IMG/VR virus record: IMGVR_UViG_3300023179_000054
Coordinates: 1-64,000 of that record
Reading direction: 5' to 3' (one strand)
DNA: 64,000 nucleotides
DNA from: a virus
Positions 1-8,767 of this stretch are shown here, in pieces. A program made the translations under genes and the position numbers. Numbering within the stretch: position 1 is the stretch's first letter; the number at the start of each line of letters is the position of its first letter. The notes under the pieces are model-generated. The model saw only the letters and a program-made list of their open reading frames with translations. It did not search any database and had not been told where the DNA came from.

Positions 1-439
1 TCTTTTGTGTATTAAAAGAATCCCAAAGGGCAACAAATCTTACTCGTTGATTGCCTAAGGTCGGTGCTTCAAACTTTGTGGAAGCAATAGAATCAATCTG
101 ACAAGGAGCATTAAACTCATCACCTATATTATGAATACCACCCCACAATATTTCTTTACCAGCCTTAAATGCTGTTGTTCTATAACTAACCCACCACTGA
201 TATGAATACTTTGGATATTCATCGGCGGTTTCTATGATGCCTGCTGGTGAATAATGATCGAGATGCCATGTTGATTGCCATTTATTGTCATGGTAATCTT
301 CTTGGTAAAAACGCCGGTTATCACCAGAATTCCAGTAAATAAAAGAATATGGTTTGCCATCAGCACCTTTGTCAAAGTCAAATATACTCAAATAACCTGG
401 TGCTGGATTAGGCCAATAATTTCGGAAGTCAAAGGTCAT
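1..439 (-). CDS. Hypothetical protein, 3' end runs off window (MTFDFRNYWPNPAPGY...)
   Basis: Manually translated open frame from ATG at 439, overlapping the upstream TGA (ATGA); not in ORF track. Confidence 0.75.
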   Translation of the reverse strand, partial: MTFDFRNYWPNPAPGYLSIFDFDKGADGKPYSFIYWNSGDNRRFYQEDYHDNKWQSTWHLDHYSPAGIIETADEYPKYSYQWWVSYRTTAFKAGKEILWGGIHNIGDEFNAPCQIDSIASTKFEAPTLGNQRVRFVALWDSFNTQK

Positions 440-645
440 TTTTCTTCTCTTTTTTCAAATCTAATCCATTTGGATATAGGACAGCTCGCATTAGGTATAA
501 AAGTTTTCACGGGCATGAAACACCCACATATATCACAAGTTCTCATTTTTGTCAAATGTTCACAAGTACCACAAATACTTTTTCTTTCTTCTATTTTATT
601 ATATACTTCTTCCAGTGAATATCCTGCTATCTTGGGTAATTCCAT
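436..645 (-). CDS. Small Cys-rich Zn-binding protein (DUF6171-like)
   Basis: CxxC...CxxCGCFMxxK...CPxxKW pattern; RBS GAAGGAG; paralog of next ORF. Confidence 0.7.
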   Translation of the reverse strand: MELPKIAGYSLEEVYNKIEERKSICGTCEHLTKMRTCDICGCFMPVKTFIPNASCPISKWIRFEKREEK

Positions 646-844
646 TTTTGTCTCCTTCGTGTTTACCCCATTTATCTAAAGGACACTTAGAATCCATAAA
701 TAATGTTTTGCCCTTCATAAAGCATCCACACATTTTACATCTTGCCAGTTCCGGTTCTAATTCCGGGCACTCTCGACAAATACTCATTCTCTCTTCGGCC
801 ACTTTACGGCGTTTGGCGCCGATAGTATTTAGTTCTAATCTCAA
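599..844 (-). CDS. Small Cys-rich Zn-binding protein (DUF6171-like)
   Basis: CRECPEL...CKMCGCFMKGKT...CPLDKW. Confidence 0.7.
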   Translation of the reverse strand: MRLELNTIGAKRRKVAEERMSICRECPELEPELARCKMCGCFMKGKTLFMDSKCPLDKWGKHEGDKNGITQDSRIFTGRSI

Positions 845-1416
845 TAAAATTCAACAATCTCATCGGCAAGACCATACTTGATTGCCTCTTTTGGAGTTAA
901 CCACACATCTTCTGGTGGTAATAGATACTTCTTGATTGTTGACTCGGTCTGTCCGGTACATTTCTTATAATGCTCTATAATACGGGCACTTGTGTTCTCA
1001 TACTCTTTAACTGAAGCCATAAGTTCATGCTCTTTACCAACTGTTCCCCACGAGAATTGGTGAGAGAGAATGGCCGTATTGCGAGTGATGAAACGTTTAC
1101 CCTTGGCACCTGCCATGAAGGTCAATAGACCACACGAAGCAATCTCACCAAGACCATATGTATAGACAGGGATTTTAGAACCCTTCATGGTGTCGATAAG
1201 AGCAAATGCGGAAGGAACATTACCACCCGGTGAGTTAATAATAAACTTCATAAACTTTGGACGGTCTTTGCCGTTCATAAGATTACGAGCAATAATAAAA
1301 CTCATAGCATCGGATGAAGAGGAGTTATCAAAGTCGGATGAAAAAATATAATAGTGGTGGTCTTCTAAACTTGGAATATTAGGTGAATTCTTTTCTTCTT
1401 TTTCTACTATAGCCAC
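841..1416 (-). CDS. clpP: ClpP-like protease proteolytic subunit
   Basis: INSPGG, IASCG (Ser), SHQ (His), EDVWLTPKEAIKYGLAD (Asp). Confidence 0.9.
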   Translation of the reverse strand: MAIVEKEEKNSPNIPSLEDHHYYIFSSDFDNSSSSDAMSFIIARNLMNGKDRPKFMKFIINSPGGNVPSAFALIDTMKGSKIPVYTYGLGEIASCGLLTFMAGAKGKRFITRNTAILSHQFSWGTVGKEHELMASVKEYENTSARIIEHYKKCTGQTESTIKKYLLPPEDVWLTPKEAIKYGLADEIVEFY

Positions 1417-1437
1417 TTTATTTCTCCATATTTGTAA

Positions 1438-1465
1438 GAGAAAGGCGGGAATTTCTCCCCGCCCC
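1438..1465 (-). terminator. Rho-independent terminator-like hairpin
   Basis: GGCGGGGAGAAATTCCCGCC followed by TTTCTCT. Confidence 0.6.
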
Positions 1466-1471
1466 TATTTA

Positions 1472-1996
1472 TTATTGCTGAATATGAATGTGGTTGTAAT
1501 GACCAGGAACCCGCCATAGGACGGTGTATCCAGCCGCTCTGGCATCGGCGGCCAGCTGGTCAAAACTATGAGCATATCCAGAACGTGCTTCTACAACGCC
1601 GCGCCCCACATTTACGTCAATGGCTCGGCCAGCGTAGTGGGCCCAACCGTGATGGACACGATGAACTCCACCAAATGCGGGATGTTCCGAAACACGGAAT
1701 CCCTGTCGCTGTAATTGGTGCCCGTAAGCAACCAGAGAAGTAGAAGCAGAGGCGAAACCCCAGTTTTCTTCCTGTTGTTCTTGGTACTTACGTGCCTGTC
1801 TCTTATCCTTATAACGTGGTTGAGGTGAGACGCTCCAACCATCTCCACCGAAAATAGAGGAAAGAGGGTCGGATTCCTCAGACACGGATTGGTCTGAATA
1901 TTGACTATGTTTGCCGTAATGGACTCTGGCTTCTGCCATGCCGCATAACGCAAACATAACAGATGCCGCCGTTGCGGCTAGAATAATCTTCTTCAT
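1472..1996 (-). CDS. Secreted protein with C-terminal M15/LAS-type Zn peptidase domain
   Basis: Signal peptide (AEA cleavage); HYAGRAID (H-x6-D) and HIH (HxH) Zn motifs. Confidence 0.65.
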   Translation of the reverse strand: MKKIILAATAASVMFALCGMAEARVHYGKHSQYSDQSVSEESDPLSSIFGGDGWSVSPQPRYKDKRQARKYQEQQEENWGFASASTSLVAYGHQLQRQGFRVSEHPAFGGVHRVHHGWAHYAGRAIDVNVGRGVVEARSGYAHSFDQLAADARAAGYTVLWRVPGHYNHIHIQQ

Positions 1997-2002
1997 ATAT
2001 TT

Positions 2003-2165
2003 ACCTTTCTGTTATGCATAACCGCACACAAGACTCCACACAGGGTTGAAAAGAATTAAATTGTGGGGAGTTGTTTGCCGACGAGGGCTGCGAGGTTATG
2101 AGTTAATGCCACCGTCCAGTACCTTCGTGGTCCAGTGGCTACCACATTCCGAGGAATATGGAATA
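2003..2165 (-). ncRNA. Candidate structured leader/ncRNA behind a late promoter
   Basis: Several stems with G-U pairs that work only on the minus strand; CTAAATA immediately upstream. Confidence 0.4.
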
Positions 2166-2166
2166 C

Positions 2167-3444
2167 CTATTTAGTCACCGAGTATTCTCCATTTACAAAT
2201 TTTTCAGGATCAACATTTAAACCTTCAAGATATTGTCTTATGACAGCATTAGGATGTGGTACATAATGTGGATAATCACCTTTACCATTTTTATAATTAA
2301 CATATTGATTACAAAAATCTATCCAATCTGGTTTTTTTAATAAATATTTTATAGATTTATTTTTCGTTATCTTCCAAAAATCACTATACATCATATTACC
2401 AACATAGTTTAATACAATAAGATCAAATAATCTTGAAGAAAGACCGCTATGTAAAGTATTGAGCATTTCTTCAAAAGGTAAATTAACGTTCGTGAATTTA
2501 TTTATAAGTAGATCACTTTCATATTCATGTGTAATGTTATATAATTTTAATAATATATGTCTTGTGAAATAAAAATAATTATGTAATGGTATACCTTGGA
2601 TAGGTTCATAGAAATATAATTTATTACCCATACTTATTATACGGCCGTTGATTGGTTTTTTCACACTATAAGAAGGCCAATATAGTTCTTTAACATTATC
2701 TATTGGTATATCTTTATTTAATTCTTTAAAATGTTTTAAAGCCTCTTCTTTATCGGTTATATCTTTATTATACAGATATCCAAACGCTTTTCTGTTTCTA
2801 GTGTTTATACCAAATTGCCATCCATTTTTATGGAAAAGCACTTCTGTATATGGGTGATTATATTGTTGATGATGTTGGAATAATAATACTGAATTAACAG
2901 TCTCAAACTCTGGAAAATTATACTTACCTGAATTTAATTCTTCTTTTGTCGGAAACCCTCTACAATCAAATAGATAGTCAAATGAATATGTAGCATTTTC
3001 TCCATGCGCTGTAGCAACATTATCGGTTTGAGAGATATGTTTAATATTGTCATGTATTTCTAGTAATCTGTTATCATATATTTCATTAATCCTTTTAAAG
3101 ACAAAATCACTAAATTTTTCGCTACTCATATGCGCGCCTGTACCTACATAATTAATATCAAACATAGAATTTTCATTATTTTCCCATGAATGTCTGGCAC
3201 CTATTCTCAGTATTAGGTCGATTTGCTCATGTTCTTTGATACTATGTTTTAATTTTAAAGCAGTAGATAAACCTCTAAATATACCTGGGCTTAAACTTTC
3301 ACCTATCGACATTTTAGGAATATCAGGATTACTAATAATAGATACTCTTATATCTCTAGAATCCAAGAATTCATTTTCTACACCGAACATAACGGCCGCA
3401 CAAACTGCGGCCGCCGAACCCGTTCCAATAATTCCAATTTTCAT
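2167..3444 (-). CDS. Tryptophan halogenase-family flavoprotein (divergent)
   Basis: GIIGTGSA FAD motif, DCRGF, NGWQFGI, FYEPIQG; catalytic Lys position is Arg. Confidence 0.7.
   Translation of the reverse strand: MKIGIIGTGSAAAVCAAVMFGVENEFLDSRDIRVSIISNPDIPKMSIGESLSPGIFRGLSTALKLKHSIKEHEQIDLILRIGARHSWENNENSMFDINYVGTGAHMSSEKFSDFVFKRINEIYDNRLLEIHDNIKHISQTDNVATAHGENATYSFDYLFDCRGFPTKEELNSGKYNFPEFETVNSVLLFQHHQQYNHPYTEVLFHKNGWQFGINTRNRKAFGYLYNKDITDKEEALKHFKELNKDIPIDNVKELYWPSYSVKKPINGRIISMGNKLYFYEPIQGIPLHNYFYFTRHILLKLYNITHEYESDLLINKFTNVNLPFEEMLNTLHSGLSSRLFDLIVLNYVGNMMYSDFWKITKNKSIKYLLKKPDWIDFCNQYVNYKNGKGDYPHYVPHPNAVIRQYLEGLNVDPEKFVNGEYSVTK
2168..2175 (-). promoter_or_regulatory. T4-type late promoter-like motif ACTAAATA
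   Basis: Matches gp55 TATAAATA family; CTAAATA recurs at gene boundaries near 6054, 24454, 24603 and 53803. Confidence 0.55.
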
Positions 3445-3809
3445 CAGATACCTTTTTCTTTATTTAATTGTGCCTCAAATACTTTATGTAGACCTTCAAC
3501 CGTATCCGAATTATAGACCACATCGGTCATCATGGCAAGTAAACAGATTGTATCCTCATTAGGAACGCTGGCAGTAAGAGCAATAGATGTGCCGGAAATC
3601 CAAATAGTTTCAACCACTTTCTCTTTATTCGTCATATTGAGAAGAGGGAAAAACTTAGCATCACCAAAGGTCTTGATAACAGTTTCTTTCTTATCACAGA
3701 CTAATTTTTCTTCCTGTTTAGCAGGTGCTTTTGTCGCAGCATGTCCTACCGAATGAAAGTAAGCATAGGTTAAAAAGAAGGATGTTATTAGTGCCGAAAT
3801 ATACTTCAT
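3444..3809 (-). CDS. Hypothetical exported protein
   Basis: Start MKYISAL overlaps upstream TGA; N-terminal hydrophobic signal. Confidence 0.7.
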   Translation of the reverse strand: MKYISALITSFFLTYAYFHSVGHAATKAPAKQEEKLVCDKKETVIKTFGDAKFFPLLNMTNKEKVVETIWISGTSIALTASVPNEDTICLLAMMTDVVYNSDTVEGLHKVFEAQLNKEKGI

Positions 3810-4234
3810 CCTGTTTCTCCAATATCTCTCACAAATTCTGGTGTGCCGATAAAAGTCCAACCACCATCTATTTGATACTTTAAGTTAATTATTCCACCAT
3901 TTATGTGTTCGAGAAAGAACCAAGAAAGAACTCTTGGATCCATTCTTTGGCCTAATTCTACCAGTTGTAGATAGGAATGGCCTTTTTCTTCTCTTTTGGT
4001 GATTAGAACTTTGATAACATCTGGTTTCATCCACGCAGGTATATCATCATTACTTAACCACTGACACTTGAAAACCTTACATGGGTCTTCCGGTCTGTTT
4101 TCATATATGGTACATCCTTTATGCCCCATAAAATGACAAGGGCGGCCTGGTGAGAAATGTTTACCATGAGCCTCACCAAATAGCCACCCTTCACAACATA
4201 CCGTGCAACCATCACAATTTCTATTCATTCTCAT
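3806..4234 (-). CDS. YkgJ-like CxxCxxCC cysteine-cluster protein
   Basis: CDGCTVCC...CHF...CTIYENRP..C..FKC.W. Confidence 0.75.
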   Translation of the reverse strand: MRMNRNCDGCTVCCEGWLFGEAHGKHFSPGRPCHFMGHKGCTIYENRPEDPCKVFKCQWLSNDDIPAWMKPDVIKVLITKREEKGHSYLQLVELGQRMDPRVLSWFFLEHINGGIINLKYQIDGGWTFIGTPEFVRDIGETG

Positions 4235-4505
4235 ACTTTATATGGACTCGATTACTATAACTAACAAGAGGAAGGTCAGACCTGCCGCTTGCGTGTTTAT
4301 ATAAAACCTTTTTAATAGGTTCAGTTAGCAGGCCGGCAAAACCATCTGGTATACGAATACCCTCTATAACATTATATTCATAAAGTTTAAAGGTCTTGAT
4401 ATACTCTCGTTTAGCCATTTCTTCATCCTCAGCATCAATAATCATGATTGCCTGGAGATGACCTTCTTTATTATCTACATTAGTTGTAATTGTATAGTAG
4501 CACAT
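4221..4505 (-). CDS. Hypothetical protein
   Basis: ORF with RBS GAGG, coupled to neighbours. Confidence 0.65.
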   Translation of the reverse strand: MCYYTITTNVDNKEGHLQAIMIIDAEDEEMAKREYIKTFKLYEYNVIEGIRIPDGFAGLLTEPIKKVLYKHASGRSDLPLVSYSNRVHIKYENE

Positions 4506-4514
4506 GTTTACCTC

Positions 4515-4856
4515 TTACCAGCCGATATCATCCTCTTCAACAACCGTTGCGCCTGGACTATTCTTAATAATTACATTTTTACGGACCGGTGCCTGACGAG
4601 GATAAGCATACACAGGAGCACCGTAAACTGGAGCACCATAAACGTAAGGATAAGAGTAAGTTTGAGCAGCAAGGGCGCCGCCGATAAGACCACCAACTAA
4701 TCCGGCACCGAGCATAGCACCGCCATAACCCCAACCGTATCCACCGTATCCCCATCCACCATAACCATATCCACCCCAAAACTGTGCCTTTGCTGGAGCA
4801 GCAGCGGCCATACTAATTCCGATAGCAGCAACAATTGCGATAACCTGCTTTTTCAT
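4515..4856 (-). CDS. Secreted Gly/Tyr/Trp-rich low-complexity protein
   Basis: Signal peptide; GGYGYGGWGYGG tract, glycine-zipper-like segment, PVYGA repeats. Confidence 0.75.
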   Translation of the reverse strand: MKKQVIAIVAAIGISMAAAAPAKAQFWGGYGYGGWGYGGYGWGYGGAMLGAGLVGGLIGGALAAQTYSYPYVYGAPVYGAPVYAYPRQAPVRKNVIIKNSPGATVVEEDDIGW

Positions 4857-4890
4857 GTTCGATTCCTTTTCTATTCCGAACTATACATAC

Positions 4891-4919
4891 ATCCTATCAC
4901 AAGGAAAAGATAATGTCAA
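4891..4919 (-). promoter_or_regulatory. Sigma70-type early promoter
   Basis: TTGACA-17-TAGGAT with CCTTGTG before the -10. Confidence 0.6.
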
Positions 4920-4922
4920 TAG

Positions 4923-5831
4923 TTATTCCAAGAATTCCTTAAATGTCAAAGGAACTCTGTTTTCCGTTATTGCGGTTTGGAATTCTTCGCCGCCATTAAG
5001 GACTTTAATTTTAGAAAAATGCCTCACAAGACCATTATATATTTTTTTAATTGGTTCATTATCAAGCATTTTTACCGTAAGACCTTTATGGGAAACTTTC
5101 AGTTTCATTCTCGTCTGTATTGGTCTAATGATTGCTGTTTTATCGGATGGAACTAAGGCCCACTGGAAAATGGTTCTCATCTGTCTCGGTTTTGTTTCTA
5201 CACGAAAACAATTCATCTGTAAATCTTTTGTCATTCTTGAAGCAAGAGCATCCAACATTTCTTCTGGTGTATTGGCCTTAGCAAGCGCCTTTTCTGCCAA
5301 CTCTTTTCTACACTCGCTGGATTTTCTCCACATATCCTGTGTGTCGGTTATACCAGTTTGAAATCCAGCCCATGGAAAATCTACACCATGATTTGTTCTG
5401 ACAATAGTTTCGCTGGTAGGTATTGAGCGGATTCTGGATTTATATTCACCTTTACCACCATCTTTTCTTGCTGCTTCAATAACTAATAACTTTTGTGGAG
5501 TTGCGAGAAAGATGTATCCTGTCATCTGCTGTTGAACGATATAATTGGCAGCATCTCTTTGTTTCATATGGAGTGCTTTATAGATTGTATCACCGTCTTT
5601 TTTATTTGTTTCAGCATTTAATGATGGAGTTAGGCTGGTAGATATGATAACGAGACCGTCATGGTTCATACCTTCTTGGTATTTAATTTCATGGTCATAC
5701 ATAACAAGTATTTCACCGACCTTATCATTTTCCTCATCTCGAAAAGATACATCGGAAACATAATCTTGGTCTCTATTTTTTGCTAAAATCCAGCCTTTGT
5801 CTTCGAAATACTTTGCTGCTATGATACACAT
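4923..5831 (-). CDS. Ntn-hydrolase (NRDE/TANGO2- or C45-like)
   Basis: N-terminal MC, KNRD, GMN..GL and RTNH motifs. Confidence 0.65.
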   Translation of the reverse strand: MCIIAAKYFEDKGWILAKNRDQDYVSDVSFRDEENDKVGEILVMYDHEIKYQEGMNHDGLVIISTSLTPSLNAETNKKDGDTIYKALHMKQRDAANYIVQQQMTGYIFLATPQKLLVIEAARKDGGKGEYKSRIRSIPTSETIVRTNHGVDFPWAGFQTGITDTQDMWRKSSECRKELAEKALAKANTPEEMLDALASRMTKDLQMNCFRVETKPRQMRTIFQWALVPSDKTAIIRPIQTRMKLKVSHKGLTVKMLDNEPIKKIYNGLVRHFSKIKVLNGGEEFQTAITENRVPLTFKEFLE

Positions 5832-5832
5832 G

Positions 5833-6033
5833 TTATCTTAACCTATTGATTTTATCAACAATAGTTTCCGGTTCTATTAACTCTTTCAAACGTTTAACTT
5901 CGGAATGACAAATTGCCCTAGACGGGTCCTTCCAATCAAATTCGTAGGCCAGTCTAAGGCGTTCTTGCCATTCTTTTAGTTCTGCTTGGAGTTTTTGCTT
6001 CTCTTTTAGAACAGTAAAATCTACAACGGACAT
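5833..6033 (-). CDS. Hypothetical protein
   Basis: ORF with RBS GGGGGTG downstream of ACTAAATA. Confidence 0.65.
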   Translation of the reverse strand: MSVVDFTVLKEKQKLQAELKEWQERLRLAYEFDWKDPSRAICHSEVKRLKELIEPETIVDKINRLR

Positions 6034-6060
6034 ATAATCACCCCCGTTGTAGTATTTAGT

Positions 6061-6291
6061 TTACTTGTCCTCTTTTGTAGGAGCAGCAAAATATCCAGGA
6101 TAATAGGAGTTTTCTGTGTGATGGTTAGCGGCAACGTGTGCGCCTCTAAGTCCACCTTTTAAACCACTTGACGGCATGGTTGAGGCACCGGCCGCATAAC
6201 CATAGTTTTCATAAGTTTCACTCTTATACTCGGTAGCAAGTGCTGGTGTGGTGAGTAGCGAAACTGTTAGTAAGGCAATAAACTTATTCAT
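6061..6291 (-). CDS. Small secreted hypothetical protein
   Basis: Signal peptide ending ALA; RBS AAGGA. Confidence 0.7.
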   Translation of the reverse strand: MNKFIALLTVSLLTTPALATEYKSETYENYGYAAGASTMPSSGLKGGLRGAHVAANHHTENSYYPGYFAAPTKEDK

Positions 6292-6338
6292 TTGCTTTCC
6301 TTTCAGTTGTTTGTCTCCTAAAATAGCGAGACATTCCT

Positions 6339-6390
6339 ATGCTGCGATGCAACATATACTATTATATAGGCACCGAAAGGGTCTTGGCAA
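6339..6390 (-). promoter_or_regulatory. Early promoter with downstream PhaR-like palindrome
   Basis: TTGCCA-18-TATAAT then ATGTTGCATCGCAGCAT. Confidence 0.5.
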
Positions 6391-6398
6391 GTGATTTT

Positions 6399-7052
6399 TT
6401 AAGGAATTCTAATCCATTCTCTTTCTTGAGGAGAACTTTCGACTTTGGTACAGCTAGGAAAACTTACAGATAATCTTTTTGTAAGTGATTTCACCTCATG
6501 GCAGTAATGAGCCGGCGCATAACAAACATCACCAGGTTCCATTATTATATCAAATATAGGTTCTTCATCAAGGTGTTTTATTTTAAATTCTCTAGGATAA
6601 TCCTTAATATTCCACACTCTCATATTTGATATACCTTCAACCTGAATCATTAAATTATGTGAGTAATCTAGATGAATTCCAAAACCGGAGTTTTGTTCTT
6701 CTGTCAAATCGAAATATATATGTGCATCTGTAGGAAAACCAGTTATTACATCTAATTCTTCACATATAGTATTAATTTTCTCATTAACTCTTGATGCGTC
6801 TGTGATATGACAATGATATTTTTTTATTATTTCTTTGATGATAGAAGGTGGAAAACAATTTATATCTGATACCCAGGCTTGGTAAGGCCATTCGTATATT
6901 TCTTTAAAATTAGCTCTAAATCTATCTTGATTATTAAAAGGTCTTAGATTAAACAAATTTTCCAATTCTTTCCATGAGAAAATATCCTTGACGGCGTTTC
7001 TCGCATAAAAAGGTTTTAGTTCTTTAATTCTTTCTTTAATATTTTCCAACAT
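6399..7052 (-). CDS. JmjC/cupin-4 2OG oxygenase
   Basis: GIHLD...QVEG...EPGDVCYAP..CHEV (HxD...H). Confidence 0.8.
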   Translation of the reverse strand: MLENIKERIKELKPFYARNAVKDIFSWKELENLFNLRPFNNQDRFRANFKEIYEWPYQAWVSDINCFPPSIIKEIIKKYHCHITDASRVNEKINTICEELDVITGFPTDAHIYFDLTEEQNSGFGIHLDYSHNLMIQVEGISNMRVWNIKDYPREFKIKHLDEEPIFDIIMEPGDVCYAPAHYCHEVKSLTKRLSVSFPSCTKVESSPQEREWIRIP

Positions 7053-7856
7053 TTAGATATATTCCCCTACTCCTGGCGGATGACCGACATGCCAGTAATG
7101 GTCGTAAATCAACCAATACCGTGGAGGATTGTAAAGGTATTCTGGTGTCTTATCATCGGAGAAATTATTACCAGTCAAATCTTTTCTTACAAAGAAGGCA
7201 TTAGCACCTGTAACGTTAGTTCCAACAAGATCATAACCTTTTCTATCAGCAAGTTCGGTTATGGCCTTTAGACTTGAACCCATGTAATCTGTACCATCCC
7301 ATCTATATTCGGTGTTATAAACAGGAACTCTAACTATATTGGCAGGCCACTTGGCATTATACTCGATACAGATAACTTTTGGTTTAATCTCTAAAGCATC
7401 AAGTAAGTGAATATCCATACCATCAATATCGATAGAAAGAAAATCTAGGTCTTGTGGTACTCCAAGAGAGTTAAAGTTTCTGTTGATATTATCTTTTGTA
7501 ATTTGACCAATAGCAACTCTTAATTTATCTTTATTGATAAAAGACTTAAAGTTATTCTCTATTGTGGAGGCCTTTGAAACATCGGACTCGAACCAATAAC
7601 CAACCCAGTTCTTGTGTAGAAGGTAATGCGTATTACACTCAATACCATTTTCCAAACCAATTTCAGCAAATGTACCGCTGTATATTCCAAGGCGATAAAA
7701 GATTTCTTCGATAATTCCATCTTCGTCACCTTGACTATAGACCTTATTACCATATGGTTCAAGGCGTTTAGAGTTTTCTTGAAACCAATAAGATTTTACA
7801 GCATCGATTTCTTGACGGGCCAAATAAGCATTATTTCTTTGTAGATAATCACTCAT
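7053..7856 (-). CDS. FkbM-like SAM methyltransferase
   Basis: YSQGDEDGII, EIG, DFLSIDIDG, IEYN, NAFFVR. Confidence 0.75.
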   Translation of the reverse strand: MSDYLQRNNAYLARQEIDAVKSYWFQENSKRLEPYGNKVYSQGDEDGIIEEIFYRLGIYSGTFAEIGLENGIECNTHYLLHKNWVGYWFESDVSKASTIENNFKSFINKDKLRVAIGQITKDNINRNFNSLGVPQDLDFLSIDIDGMDIHLLDALEIKPKVICIEYNAKWPANIVRVPVYNTEYRWDGTDYMGSSLKAITELADRKGYDLVGTNVTGANAFFVRKDLTGNNFSDDKTPEYLYNPPRYWLIYDHYWHVGHPPGVGEYI

Positions 7857-7868
7857 AATATCACCTTT

Positions 7869-8369
7869 TTATTTTAAAAATGTTAAATTCTCGTTTTTTA
7901 CAAGTATACCTAAACTTGGAACAATTCTTCTTTTAGAACCTATTACAGGATTGGTTTTATGCAATTGTTGTGATGCTATACATAACCAACAACCTTTTTC
8001 TTCTATATCAACTATATTATCATCGATAATAGGATCACCACCAATTTCCGGTTTAGAAATCATAATGTTAAATCTTATATGTGTATATCCAGGAAGAGTA
8101 GAATCTGTATGTGGATGAACAAAAGCACCTTCGAAATTACATCCTATAAAATTACCAAATCTAGGTTCTGGTTTCCATTCATGTATACCAAATTTATGAG
8201 CCAATTTTATTTTTTCTTGTTCTATTACTTCATCTTGAACATGAGACATAAAAAAACGACCAGGCCCGGAACTATTCGGTTTAAACATATTGAAATTATC
8301 ATCAACGAATTTTAATACATAATTTCTGAAATTATCATCAACAGCATTTTCTATTTTGTAAGGATACAT
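7869..8369 (-). CDS. 2OG-Fe(II) oxygenase
   Basis: HPHTD...H...KR motifs. Confidence 0.75.
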   Translation of the reverse strand: MYPYKIENAVDDNFRNYVLKFVDDNFNMFKPNSSGPGRFFMSHVQDEVIEQEKIKLAHKFGIHEWKPEPRFGNFIGCNFEGAFVHPHTDSTLPGYTHIRFNIMISKPEIGGDPIIDDNIVDIEEKGCWLCIASQQLHKTNPVIGSKRRIVPSLGILVKNENLTFLK

Positions 8370-8767
8370 ATCAATTCCTTTATGATATTATCTTCCTGAT
8401 TATAGTCGGTTATTCTATAGTCGTATTTAGAAGGCACCTCAAACAACTTGTTAGTATCTTCAAATCTACCTTCTTTAATAGTATCTATCCATACTGTGAT
8501 ATCAGCATCAAATATTTTTCTTGTTTCTTCTGTAGGGCAAACGAAATCACACACAGCGGTAAAATGAGATGACTTAGCAAAGTTTGCCATTCTATATGCT
8601 TGTCTCAATCTACCTTTATCAGAGAAATCCCAATCATCAAAAATTGTTCTTATGAAATCTGCGTTATATATATTTATAGAAAAAGGACAAGATTTAACTA
8701 ATTTCTCAGTAAATGTGGTCTTACCGGCCCCAGGTAAACCCATTACTAAGATTTTAAGTTTTTCCAT
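8351..8767 (-). CDS. cysC: Adenylylsulfate kinase-like P-loop kinase
   Basis: MGLPGAGKTT, NAD..R, DWDFS..GR.RQA, DFVCP. Confidence 0.75.
   Translation of the reverse strand: MEKLKILVMGLPGAGKTTFTEKLVKSCPFSINIYNADFIRTIFDDWDFSDKGRLRQAYRMANFAKSSHFTAVCDFVCPTEETRKIFDADITVWIDTIKEGRFEDTNKLFEVPSKYDYRITDYNQEDNIIKELICILTK

Noticed and set aside
2003-2165. Assignment of the leader to c-di-GMP, SAM-II or another known riboswitch
   Set aside because: Diagnostic conserved nucleotides not found by eye; kept as an unassigned candidate
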